From Fimbriimonadales bacterium (GTDB lineage: Bacteria; Armatimonadota; Fimbriimonadia; Fimbriimonadales; ATM1): DNA of 64,000 bases. The DNA is taken from contig JBGTLG010000041.1 of assembly GCA_041744215.1 (NCBI GenBank), positions 160,001-224,000 on the forward strand, written 5' to 3'. Positions 40,047 to 49,012 of the stretch are shown piece after piece (position 1 is the first letter of the stretch; each line of letters opens with the position of its first letter). The notes under the pieces are model-generated. The model worked only from the letters and a program-made list of their open reading frames with translations, searched no databases and was not told the origin of the DNA. The position numbers and the translations under genes are program-made.

Positions 40047-40056
40047 CGGTGCGAGT

Positions 40057-42594
40057 TTACTTCGGGCGGTACTTGCGGAGCCGCAGAGCGTTGGTGACCA
40101 CCGAGACGCTCGATAGCGCCATTGCCGCGGAGGCGAGGATCGGGCTAAGAAGACCGAATGCCGCCAGTGGGATGCCCAGCGTGTTGTATATGAATGCAAA
40201 GAACAAGTTGCCCCGGATCGTGGCCATGGTCGCGCGGCTCAATAGGAGCGCATCGGGAACGCCGTTCAGGTTGCTCCGCATCAGTGCGACATCTGCTGTC
40301 TCAAGCGCGATGTCCGCGCCGCTGCCCATGGCAATCCCCACGTCAGCTTGCGCGAGCGCGGGCGCATCGTTGATGCCATCTCCGACCATAGCGACGACTC
40401 TGCGTTCCGACTGGAGCCCCTTGATCGCATTCGACTTGTCCTCCGGCAGCACTTCTGCCATCACGTTGGTGATTCCCACGCCTTGGCCAATCGCGTCAGC
40501 AGTGGGGCGATTGTCCCCAGTGATCATCCAAATGTCGGTTACAAGTGCTTTCAGTCTCACGATTGCGCCCCGCGCCTCTTCTTTAGGCGTGTCCGCCAGC
40601 GCGATCACAGCAACGGCGCGGTCGTCCAAGCCGAAGTACACAGCTGTCTGCCCCTTGCTTGCAAGTTGGTTCGCACGCTCGACAAAACCGTTCATCGCGC
40701 AGCCAGAGCGTTCCAGAAATGCGCGAGTCCCAACAATAACCCGGTGACCGTCGATCACGCCTTCAAGGCCATTTCCTGCAACTGATCGGAAATGATCGAC
40801 CTGCTTTAACTGAAGACCGCGCGAGCGCGCTTCAGCCACCACCGCTTCGGCAAGCGGGTGTCCGCTTAAGTTCTCCAGCGACGCTGCAAGCGTAAGCATT
40901 TCGTTTTCGTTTCCGTGCTGTGTCTCGACCGCAGTGACGACAGGCTTACCCAACGTAACTGTCCCCGTTTTGTCTAAAACCACCGTGTCCACTTTAGCAA
41001 GCCTCTCAAGCGCTTCAGCGTCCCGAACCAGTACGCCCAGCTGCGCTGATCGACCCGTACCGACCATCACAGCGACAGGCGTTGCCAAGCCGAGCGCGCA
41101 TGGACACGCGATGATCAGAACTGCCACCGACGGAACCATCGCCCCAACGATTGAGCCCGGGGTGACAAATCCAAACCAGATAGCGAACGTCGACGCTGCG
41201 ATCATCAGTACAATCGGTACGAAGATCGCGGTGATCTGGTCGGCGAGCTTTTGGATCGGAGCGCGCGATCCTTGCGCTTCTTGAACCAATCGTACGATCC
41301 GCGCAAGAGCAGAATCCTTGCCGATCGCCGTCGCCCGATACCTAAACGCGCCCTCCCGATTGAGAGTGCCGCCATAAACTTTGTCTCCTACCGCTTTGTC
41401 AGCGGGGATGCTCTCGCCGGTCAGCATGCTTTCATCGATTGCGCTTGCCCCATCGACCATTACGCCGTCGACAGGTAGGCGCTCTCCGGGCCGAACGACA
41501 ATCAGATCGTCGGCGTCGACGTTCTCTACAGGAACCTGCTTTTCCTCATTGTCACGGACGACTCGCGCCGTCTTCGATTGCAACTCGAGCAGTTTTCTGA
41601 TCGCGTCACCCGTCCGACCTTTCGCTCTCGCCTCCAGCCATCGACCCAAAAGAATCAGCGCTATGATCGCAGCAGCTACTTCATAGTAAACGTCGGCGTG
41701 ATGTCTGAGCGGAAACGTCTTTGTGAGGCTATACGCGTACGCAGCGCCTGTGCCAAGCGCTATCAACACGTTCATGTCCGCGCTGCGATAACGTAGCGCT
41801 TTCGCAGCCTGAACAAAAAAATGACCGCCGGCCCAAAACAACACAGGCGTCACGAGAATCAACTGAACCCATGGAGGCATCATCGGGACGCCAGGTACGT
41901 GCATCGATGTCGCGACAACTGGCGCCGTTAGAATAAGCGCAGTCCAGAACTTCGCTCCGAGGAGTTTCGCCTCTTTCGCGCGCTCCGCGTCGCGCTTGGC
42001 GTCGCTGTCCGCCTTTCGTTCGCTCGCCGTGTAGCCGGTTTTCCCAACGGCTCCTATCAGAGTGTCCACCTCGATGCCATCGGCAGTACGAACACGCGCG
42101 GTTTCGGTCGCAAGATTGACGCTGCAATCGATAACGCCGGGAATCCGGCGCAGCCCCTTTTCGACGCGACTGACGCAAGCCGCGCACGTCATTCCGCCGA
42201 TGTCGAGTTCGGTCGTAGTCTGAGGTGCGCTGGATTCGACGACGAGCGTTCCCCGATACATCCCCATCGAGCAGGTGAACGCAAACTCCCCACTCTTATC
42301 GGGCGTGAACTCGATGAGAGTCTTCTCGAACGCAGGCAATGATCGGGTAATCCCAAAGTCGGGAAACGAAACCTGATCGGAACAGGTCTCGGTCTCCTGG
42401 CGGTCGAAGATCAGCCTGACCGGACGCCCAGCGACAACGGAGACTTTGCTCGGCGAATACGCTCCGCTAACGGTGATTAAGACCTCTTGCACTCCGCCCT
42501 TGGAGTCAGCCGTTACCACCTTGCGAGGTCCAAAGAAAAACCAAGCGATGAACCCGATTGCCGCAAGCGCTGAGGCTATGACGACGAACGTCAT
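40057..42594 (-). CDS. copA: Copper-translocating P1B ATPase with N-terminal cupredoxin + HMA domains
   Basis: FTCSMGMY cupredoxin, GMTCAAC, CPC, DKTGT, HP, GDGINDAP, YN and MALSS. Confidence 0.95.
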   Translation of the reverse strand: MTFVVIASALAAIGFIAWFFFGPRKVVTADSKGGVQEVLITVSGAYSPSKVSVVAGRPVRLIFDRQETETCSDQVSFPDFGITRSLPAFEKTLIEFTPDKSGEFAFTCSMGMYRGTLVVESSAPQTTTELDIGGMTCAACVSRVEKGLRRIPGVIDCSVNLATETARVRTADGIEVDTLIGAVGKTGYTASERKADSDAKRDAERAKEAKLLGAKFWTALILTAPVVATSMHVPGVPMMPPWVQLILVTPVLFWAGGHFFVQAAKALRYRSADMNVLIALGTGAAYAYSLTKTFPLRHHADVYYEVAAAIIALILLGRWLEARAKGRTGDAIRKLLELQSKTARVVRDNEEKQVPVENVDADDLIVVRPGERLPVDGVMVDGASAIDESMLTGESIPADKAVGDKVYGGTLNREGAFRYRATAIGKDSALARIVRLVQEAQGSRAPIQKLADQITAIFVPIVLMIAASTFAIWFGFVTPGSIVGAMVPSVAVLIIACPCALGLATPVAVMVGTGRSAQLGVLVRDAEALERLAKVDTVVLDKTGTVTLGKPVVTAVETQHGNENEMLTLAASLENLSGHPLAEAVVAEARSRGLQLKQVDHFRSVAGNGLEGVIDGHRVIVGTRAFLERSGCAMNGFVERANQLASKGQTAVYFGLDDRAVAVIALADTPKEEARGAIVRLKALVTDIWMITGDNRPTADAIGQGVGITNVMAEVLPEDKSNAIKGLQSERRVVAMVGDGINDAPALAQADVGIAMGSGADIALETADVALMRSNLNGVPDALLLSRATMATIRGNLFFAFIYNTLGIPLAAFGLLSPILASAAMALSSVSVVTNALRLRKYRPK

Positions 42595-42601
42595 TTCAGC
42601 A

Positions 42602-42805
42602 TCACGCGATCTCGAAGCCGGCTTCGTCGATCGCGGCCTTGATCTGTTCTGGATCGGTCGTCTCTTCGATATCGACTTGGATCGTCTTCGCGTCAACGTC
42701 TACGCGAACGTCGTGAACGCCAGGCAGCGGGGAAACGGCGCGGACTATGCTGGCAGCGCAGCCGTCGCAATGGATGTCGTTGGAGGAATAGGTGAGTGTG
42801 TTCAT
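42602..42805 (-). CDS. copZ: Heavy-metal chaperone, CopZ-like
   Basis: IHCDGC, C-terminal EAGF, 67 aa. Confidence 0.88.
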   Translation of the reverse strand: MNTLTYSSNDIHCDGCAASIVRAVSPLPGVHDVRVDVDAKTIQVDIEETTDPEQIKAAIDEAGFEIA

Positions 42806-42827
42806 AGTTGATGTCCGCTGTGAATCG

Positions 42828-43193
42828 CTAAAGTTGACCATAGCTCCTGGCGCATTGACCATCGATTCGCATACCGAGCCTTTTTTGCAGCCGGTCCCGA
42901 TCGTTAGCAGTCCATTCGTTGTCGTGGTCGAAGAACTCGAAAAGCCGCGCGATGTTATCCTGCGTATTCGGGGCGATCCGATAGTAAACCCACGTCCCAA
43001 CCCGGCGCGTGTCTACGATCCCAAGATCCCGGAGCTTGGCGAGGTGATTCGAGAGTGTCGATTGGGGCAGGTCGAGGGCATCGGCAAGCTCGCAGACGCA
43101 AAGGTCCGACTTGACCAAGCACCGGGTTATCCGTAGCCGAGTCTCGTCAGAGAGAGCCTTGCAAACCTTCTGTAGCGTCACAGAGAACTCCAT
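42828..43193 (-). CDS. ArsR/SmtB family metalloregulator
   Basis: KALSDETRLRI, LCVCEL, QSTLSNHLAKLRDLG, RVGTWVYY. Confidence 0.92.
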   Translation of the reverse strand: MEFSVTLQKVCKALSDETRLRITRCLVKSDLCVCELADALDLPQSTLSNHLAKLRDLGIVDTRRVGTWVYYRIAPNTQDNIARLFEFFDHDNEWTANDRDRLQKRLGMRIDGQCARSYGQL

Positions 43194-43216
43194 TATATCC
43201 TGATATGAGGATATAA
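43193..43216. promoter_or_regulatory. ArsR-type operator (inverted repeat) between divergent genes
   Basis: TTATATCCT-GATATG-AGGATATAA, overlapping a TATAAT on the minus strand. Confidence 0.7.
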
Positions 43217-43274
43217 GCCGCGGCGACTGGCCCGGTAGCGTAAAATGAGGTGAATTGGAACGAAGGAGATTTTG

Positions 43275-43841
43275 ATGATTACGACGATTCTTGCCATGGC
43301 CGCTTTGTCTGTCCAGGGAACTGCGCCTCAGACGATCTGCCCAGTCGGGCAGCACGATTCCACAGGCATGGGACTCGATTACTTCTATCGAGGCGTGCAG
43401 TACACGCTTTGTTGTGAAGGATGCATTCCAAAGTTCAATGCTGATCCGATCAAGTACACGAAGGAGTGGAAGGACGAAGGCATCATCGGTGTCGCGCAAT
43501 TCGACGTGATCTCAAAAAAACGAATCGACTACAAGAAGGCGACAGCGCACAGCGATTACAACGGCGTCCGCTATTACTTTGTGACCGAAGCGAGCAAGAA
43601 AACTTTCGATGCCGATCCCAAGAAGCTGTCAGCGGTTCCTGAGAAAGAAGTGATCGACAGGTGCCCTGTGATGGGCGAAGCGATCAATATCGCGAAACTT
43701 CCAGATTACGTCGATCATGAAGGCGTGCGCTATTACTTCTGCTGCGCGGGATGCGGAACGGCATTTTCGAAAGATCCCGCGAAATATGCGTCGTCGGTCA
43801 CGCCAAAGACCGCTGTTGTGCACAAGCTGCCGGAGAAGTAG
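43275..43841 (+). CDS. Exported triple-YHS-domain protein
   Basis: Signal peptide, ICPVG…CCEGC…F.ADP, YNGVRYYF…FDADP, CPVMG…YYFCCAGC…F.KDP. Confidence 0.85.
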   Translation: MITTILAMAALSVQGTAPQTICPVGQHDSTGMGLDYFYRGVQYTLCCEGCIPKFNADPIKYTKEWKDEGIIGVAQFDVISKKRIDYKKATAHSDYNGVRYYFVTEASKKTFDADPKKLSAVPEKEVIDRCPVMGEAINIAKLPDYVDHEGVRYYFCCAGCGTAFSKDPAKYASSVTPKTAVVHKLPEK

Positions 43842-43926
43842 GACTCGACGGCAACGTCACATCGGTGATAGTTCCCAGCGAGCTTCTGTTGGGGGGGCAG
43901 TAATGCCCGCTACTGTTTGCCGTGAC

Positions 43927-44376
43927 TCAGGAAAGTGCAGCCAGCACTTCTTCTGAGTTCTGATCGGGGCTTGCCTTCTCCCAAGCCGCTCTCACGATCC
44001 CGTGCTCGTCAAACAGAAACGTCGACCGCTGATTGCCCCAATACTTCTTCCCGTACAAGCTCTTTTCCACCCACACACCGAACATCTCCGCGACCTTGTG
44101 CCCTTCGTCCGATAGCAAAGTGAACGGCAGCGAATACTTCTCTGCGAACTTCTTGTGCGACTTCACGCTGTCTGGACTAACTCCGAGCACCCGAACTCCT
44201 TCGAATCGCGAGAACGAATCGCGAAATGCGCAAGCCTGTTTCGTGCACCCTGGCGTATCGTCCTTCGGATAAAAGTAGACAACGAACCGCTTGCCAATCA
44301 GATCACTCGAAGAAACGACGTTCCCGTCCTGATCCGCAAGCGAGAATGCTGGAACCCGGTCGCCCACTTGAAGCAT
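43927..44376 (-). CDS. bcp: Thioredoxin-dependent peroxiredoxin Bcp
   Basis: VYFYPKDDTPGCTKQACAFRD. Confidence 0.95.
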   Translation of the reverse strand: MLQVGDRVPAFSLADQDGNVVSSSDLIGKRFVVYFYPKDDTPGCTKQACAFRDSFSRFEGVRVLGVSPDSVKSHKKFAEKYSLPFTLLSDEGHKVAEMFGVWVEKSLYGKKYWGNQRSTFLFDEHGIVRAAWEKASPDQNSEEVLAALS

Positions 44377-44380
44377 CGGC

Positions 44381-45259
44381 CTATTCGCTGCCACCATTCG
44401 ACTTGGCTGGAGGCATGAGTTTGTTTTCATACTTGAAATCATCGCGCAGCTTCTGTTGCAATCGCACTTGCGCCCGCTGAAGAAAGATGTTCTTCGCCGC
44501 CTCAAGCTCGTTTGGCGGCGGTGGCCCAGCATTCTCGACGAGAACGACGACGACTCCCGACGCAGTCTCAAACGGACCAATGACATCGCCCGATTTCGCT
44601 TCGCCGGCGGCTTTTGCCATGTCTGGCGTCATGTCTTGTGGCGCAATCCAACCCAGATTGCCGTTGAGCGGTTTCGTGGACTGATCTTCGCTATATGCAT
44701 CGACGAGAGACGCCCAGGTCTCGCCTCCCCTCGCCCAAGAAATGATGTTTCGCGCGCGAAGTTTCGCTTCATCTCTCGCTTGTTCGCTGAAGTCTTTCGG
44801 CTTCAAAACTATGTGCGAAATCTTGCGCAGCGTGGCCGGATCGAAATCCTTCATCGCAATCTTATCGAAGAGCAATCCCTGGCGAACCTGCACCCATACT
44901 TGCGAGTACGGCATCCCCATTGCGCGAAGATGCTGCTCGAATGTGCGCCCCTCAGGCACACTGGCGCGGTACTGCGCTACCTGCTTTTCGACCTCGGCTT
45001 CTACCTCCTCATAGGTGACCGAAACGCCCGCTGTTTTCGCGGCTTCCTCGACCATCACCATGCCGATCACTTGCTGAGTGAGCGGATAGCCGACCCAATC
45101 CCAGAGTACTTTCTCAACCTCCGACGCGTGGATTGGCCTCCCATTCACCGTCGCGATCACGTCATTCCCGGAGGGAGGTTTTTGCATCTTTGATTCCGGG
45201 ACCAGCCCCGATAGGCTGACGGCTTGGAAGACTGCGGCGGCCCAGATAACAGCGTTCAT
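44381..45259 (-). CDS. Parvulin-type peptidylprolyl isomerase (PrsA/SurA-like)
   Basis: IATVNG, ISHIV, YSED…NGNLGW, GPFETASG. Confidence 0.88.
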   Translation of the reverse strand: MNAVIWAAAVFQAVSLSGLVPESKMQKPPSGNDVIATVNGRPIHASEVEKVLWDWVGYPLTQQVIGMVMVEEAAKTAGVSVTYEEVEAEVEKQVAQYRASVPEGRTFEQHLRAMGMPYSQVWVQVRQGLLFDKIAMKDFDPATLRKISHIVLKPKDFSEQARDEAKLRARNIISWARGGETWASLVDAYSEDQSTKPLNGNLGWIAPQDMTPDMAKAAGEAKSGDVIGPFETASGVVVVLVENAGPPPPNELEAAKNIFLQRAQVRLQQKLRDDFKYENKLMPPAKSNGGSE

Positions 45260-45330
45260 GATTTAGAGTTCTCCTGTGGTGGCGGTTTTGTAGACGCCTC
45301 AGCGGCGCGCACGGTTCTGGGTCGCGCCTC

Positions 45331-46278
45331 CTACCTCGGCACAGGCAGGTTCTCAAACAACCCAAGGACGATTTGGTCGGGAGTCAGCCCTTCGATCTCC
45401 GCTTCCGGTCTCAGAAGGATTCGGTGGCGCAACACAGGAAGCGAAACGTCCTTCACGTCATCGGGCGTGACAAAGTCCCGGCCGCGAATCGCGGCAAGTC
45501 CTTTGGAGCAGAGAAGAATCGCGATGCCCGCACGGGGAGACCCGCCAACGGCCACGAGATCATTGTTCCGAGTGGATCGAACCAGCTTGTTGATGTAGTC
45601 GATGATCTGATCGTCGACCCGCACCCGGCTTACCTCTTCGCGAAGGGTCTCCAATCCGCCGGCATCGAGCACCGACTGAACTCCTGCCTGCTCCAGCTTC
45701 TGTGCCCGGAAGCCTTGCGAATACCTCTGGAGGACCGTGATCTCGTCTTGCTCGTCCGGATACGGAACGACGATCTTCATCAGGAATCGGTCCAGCTGAG
45801 CTTCGGGCAGCGGATACGTGCCTTCAAACTCGATCGGATTCTGAGTCGCGAAAACGATGTACGGAGGCGGCAAAGGATAAGGGGCCCCGTCAATCGTCAC
45901 GCGTCGCTCTTCCATCGCCTCAAGCAGAGCAGCCTGGGTCTTGGGCGGCGTTCGATTGATCTCGTCAGCAAGAAGGATTTGAGTGAAGATGGGGCCCTTG
46001 CGCAATTGGAACTCGCCGGCCTTCTGGTCGAACACGTTGGTACCGATCACATCGCTCGGCATCAAGTCCGGGGTGAATTGGATTCGTGTGAACTGAAGAT
46101 CCAGGGTCTTCGCGATCGTTCGAATGAGGAGCGTTTTTGCGACGCCCGGCACACCTTCGATGAGCGCGTGACCGTCGGCAAAGAGGGTGACGAGAACGTG
46201 TTCGACAAGCCGCCCCTGGCCGACGACGGCCTTGGAGACTTCCGTTCTGACTTGCGCCGCTGCTTCTTCGACTCTCAT
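45331..46278 (-). CDS. moxR: MoxR family AAA+ ATPase
   Basis: EGVPGVAKT, RIQFTPDLMPSD, LADEINRTPPKTQAALLEAM, ATQNPIE…YPLPEAQLDRF. Confidence 0.95.
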   Translation of the reverse strand: MRVEEAAAQVRTEVSKAVVGQGRLVEHVLVTLFADGHALIEGVPGVAKTLLIRTIAKTLDLQFTRIQFTPDLMPSDVIGTNVFDQKAGEFQLRKGPIFTQILLADEINRTPPKTQAALLEAMEERRVTIDGAPYPLPPPYIVFATQNPIEFEGTYPLPEAQLDRFLMKIVVPYPDEQDEITVLQRYSQGFRAQKLEQAGVQSVLDAGGLETLREEVSRVRVDDQIIDYINKLVRSTRNNDLVAVGGSPRAGIAILLCSKGLAAIRGRDFVTPDDVKDVSLPVLRHRILLRPEAEIEGLTPDQIVLGLFENLPVPR

Positions 46279-46299
46279 CCTTGGCGGCGAAGTATATCC

Positions 46300-46947
46300 C
46301 TAACCTTCACTTGGAGGGTCTGCGGGCTTGCCCGGCAACCTGGGCTCTCGCACCTGGCTTGCGCCAAAGTCGCGTTTTACAGGGCCGGATCCGTTGACGA
46401 ACCAAAACTCCAATCTGCGTTTTGACTTTTGGGGCGAACCGTCATCCAAAGTGATCTCGACATCCACCCGAATCGCTTGCGCAGATCCAGTCGCTAACGA
46501 CACCACCTCGGTTTGGGTGGTGCTGACGGCGGTTGCATTCACGCCACGCGTCGCCCCGAATCGCTGAGAGCCCTTCCACTCAACCTTATCGCCCTCTTTC
46601 GCAGGGAATCGGATCAAGGTGAGCGGGGGATCGAACTGATCTCCTTCGCCCGGCCCGATCCGCGCCAAAGCGATACCTTGATCATCGACCTGATAGACCT
46701 CTTTCTCGATCACGACCTCCTCGTTTCGAATAAGAAGCGTCCTCTCTCCGTTCTTGGCTTCAAAGTCCAAGTGCGCTTCAGCAAGAACGATTCCACCAAG
46801 GTTCATGGTGATGGGCTGTGATTCCAGAGTCGCCGGAAACAGCTCGGCGCCTGCGCCGATCGGGGATCCGCCCGATCCGCGCGAACAGACGCAGCCCGTC
46901 GCGAATAGGATCAGCGCAATGGCGACGACCGGCGGTGAGTACTTCAC
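46300..46947 (-). CDS. Hypothetical lipoprotein (paralog 4 of tandem array)
   Basis: ATGC lipobox, LFP, E.VSLATG..QA, WFVNGSGPVK. Confidence 0.75.
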   Translation of the reverse strand: MKYSPPVVAIALILFATGCVCSRGSGGSPIGAGAELFPATLESQPITMNLGGIVLAEAHLDFEAKNGERTLLIRNEEVVIEKEVYQVDDQGIALARIGPGEGDQFDPPLTLIRFPAKEGDKVEWKGSQRFGATRGVNATAVSTTQTEVVSLATGSAQAIRVDVEITLDDGSPQKSKRRLEFWFVNGSGPVKRDFGASQVREPRLPGKPADPPSEG

Positions 46948-47552
46948 GGCGTCAGGCCCTCGGCGCGAATCAAAATGAACACAACCTTCGCTCCATCTCG
47001 AACTTCCATTGACTGCTCCGAGCGCACGCGCCCGATTCCCTCGGCGTACCAGTCGGTGATTTTCGTCTTGATCATCCCGGCGCCCTCGATGTGCGCCTCG
47101 CCCTGCCGCGTGATTTTGATAGCGTCGACCTTCTTGCCGAGCGCTTCGACCTTCTCAATCCCGTTCACGACGTATGTCGACTTCTCGGCAGCCCTCCCGC
47201 CCAGCAGCACCGTCTCTCCTGCGAACTCCCATTTTTGATTGCGCTTCGGATCGATCGGGAGAAATGGCATCGGCCGGGGTAACAGCTTGCCGTCCTGGCT
47301 CCCCATCACAGCGTGAAATCCCTCATGCTCGCCATAGTACGAAACCGCGTCGAGCTCTCCATCGATCCACGTCTCCATTGGGGACACAAGCTTCCCCCCA
47401 ATGTCGACCGGCGCCTTCGTCTTGACGACAAACCTCGAGGGGGCCATCAGCGCGGCACCCTGAATCGAGTATTCCCATTCCGCGCCAGGTGTAAGCGGGA
47501 AGTAGTTGCCCGCGGGGGCGGTTACGAGGGCGGCGGTGAGCGCAAGGATCAT
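46944..47552 (-). CDS. Hypothetical exported protein (paralog 3)
   Basis: YFPLTPGAEWEY, EKVEALG…DA, WYAEGIGRVR. Confidence 0.75.
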   Translation of the reverse strand: MILALTAALVTAPAGNYFPLTPGAEWEYSIQGAALMAPSRFVVKTKAPVDIGGKLVSPMETWIDGELDAVSYYGEHEGFHAVMGSQDGKLLPRPMPFLPIDPKRNQKWEFAGETVLLGGRAAEKSTYVVNGIEKVEALGKKVDAIKITRQGEAHIEGAGMIKTKITDWYAEGIGRVRSEQSMEVRDGAKVVFILIRAEGLTP

Positions 47553-47562
47553 CGTGTTTCTC

Positions 47563-48273
47563 CTACTTGATGGCCAACATTTCGACCTCGCGGTCGACTT
47601 GCTGATCTCCCGTCTTGCCTCGTTGTCGGCCGGTCATCTTAACAACGCCAACTCCGTTCACAAGCCAAGTCTTCCCAGTCGCTGTCAGGTTCAACGCTTC
47701 TGCGGACAGCGTTCCGGTTTCCTCGATGAGGATGGCGTCGAAATCGCCGAGAGGCACGGAAACCTTCTCGGTCCCAATCACCTTGGCCGTCGTGGATACC
47801 TTGATCTGCTGGCCCATGTTTGAAATTGTGTACTCATAGGTCCACTGCTTCCCTGCTGACAAGTCGGACGGCATATATAGCACCGGCGGATCTATCACGT
47901 TTCCAAGCAGTTGGCTCACTCGGATTCCCTCCGGCGTTACTTCGTACGATTCCGGGCCGAATTGACTGCTGCCCTTCCACTCGCCGCCGACGGTAACCTT
48001 ATCGCCCTCCACGGCTTTAACCGTGAACGTCCGCGTAATCTCGATGTCGCCTCCGTCGAATCCAGTCGCCTTATAGGTGATCGGTTTGTCGAAAGGCGCG
48101 CCAAGAGCGCGGAGGGGCGCAGACATAAGCTCTTCGGGAATCGTGACCTTCGCGGGTTCGTCAGGTGCGCTTGTAGAAGGCCGAACAGACGGTTCCTCCG
48201 TTTCGGTCGGCTTCCTAGCGCACGCTCCGAACAGGAGCGAAATGCCGAGCAGGATCAAAAGATTGCGGTTCAT
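47563..48273 (-). CDS. Hypothetical lipoprotein (paralog 2)
   Basis: FGAC lipobox, EKVSVPLGDFDA, WLVNGVGVVK. Confidence 0.75.
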   Translation of the reverse strand: MNRNLLILLGISLLFGACARKPTETEEPSVRPSTSAPDEPAKVTIPEELMSAPLRALGAPFDKPITYKATGFDGGDIEITRTFTVKAVEGDKVTVGGEWKGSSQFGPESYEVTPEGIRVSQLLGNVIDPPVLYMPSDLSAGKQWTYEYTISNMGQQIKVSTTAKVIGTEKVSVPLGDFDAILIEETGTLSAEALNLTATGKTWLVNGVGVVKMTGRQRGKTGDQQVDREVEMLAIK

Positions 48274-48283
48274 CTTTCCTCCA

Positions 48284-49012
48284 TCATTTCACGGTATGGC
48301 TCTTGAGGCGCCACGTGCTTCGCTGGACATCGGTACCGTTCGTCAGCGCCTCTACGAGACGAACGAGCCCGATTTTTGGTGCGAACCAGCTTCTCTGGCT
48401 CGCAATCATCCCGGAACCGTCATCGCGTAGGTACTTCTGAGTGCTGTCAAAGCAGTGAGAGGCGAACCGCTCAGTCGCGGCATCCGCCTCGAGGACCCCG
48501 CGATAGAAGTTCGCCCCCTCGATCGACCCCATTACATCTGTTCCTGGCAGAGGTCCCCTCGAGTTGTACTTCAGCTCCGAGTCGACTTCGCCGCCCCAGT
48601 TCGCCCAAGGTAGCGGATCTGCGTACGCCCGCTCGTTTGCTGGTAGGCCGATCGTTGTTTGGAAGATCCCTTCCTTGTTGACGAGAAGTTTCAACGCTGC
48701 GACCGCCGTCTGCTTTTCGTCGTAAATCGTCACGGACCCTACCGTCCCCTCCGCTGTGTCCTCGACCTTTTCAACTTTGAACGTGCGCTCGAACGCTTTG
48801 TTGTCGACTATACGGCCCTGCTGCTCGGTCTCGACGTTCACGAGGTAGGTCCAAGCGTTGCCTACGGTGAGCGGGAAAAGATCGGCAGGTCCGGTTGCTT
48901 CGGTGGCCTTTACTTCCTTCTTATCCCCCGTTCGCCCCGGGGTTGGAGCAGGGCCGCAACCAGAGAGGACAGCGAGAGCAAGAGACGTTGATAAGAGAGT
49001 TCTGATTATCAT
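48284..49012 (-). CDS. Hypothetical lipoprotein (paralog 1)
   Basis: LSGC lipobox, LFPLTVGNAWTY, WFAPKIGLVR. Confidence 0.75.
   Translation of the reverse strand: MIIRTLLSTSLALAVLSGCGPAPTPGRTGDKKEVKATEATGPADLFPLTVGNAWTYLVNVETEQQGRIVDNKAFERTFKVEKVEDTAEGTVGSVTIYDEKQTAVAALKLLVNKEGIFQTTIGLPANERAYADPLPWANWGGEVDSELKYNSRGPLPGTDVMGSIEGANFYRGVLEADAATERFASHCFDSTQKYLRDDGSGMIASQRSWFAPKIGLVRLVEALTNGTDVQRSTWRLKSHTVK

Noticed and set aside
45373-46425. 350-aa + strand ORF
   Set aside because: Antisense shadow of moxR with no recognisable motifs.
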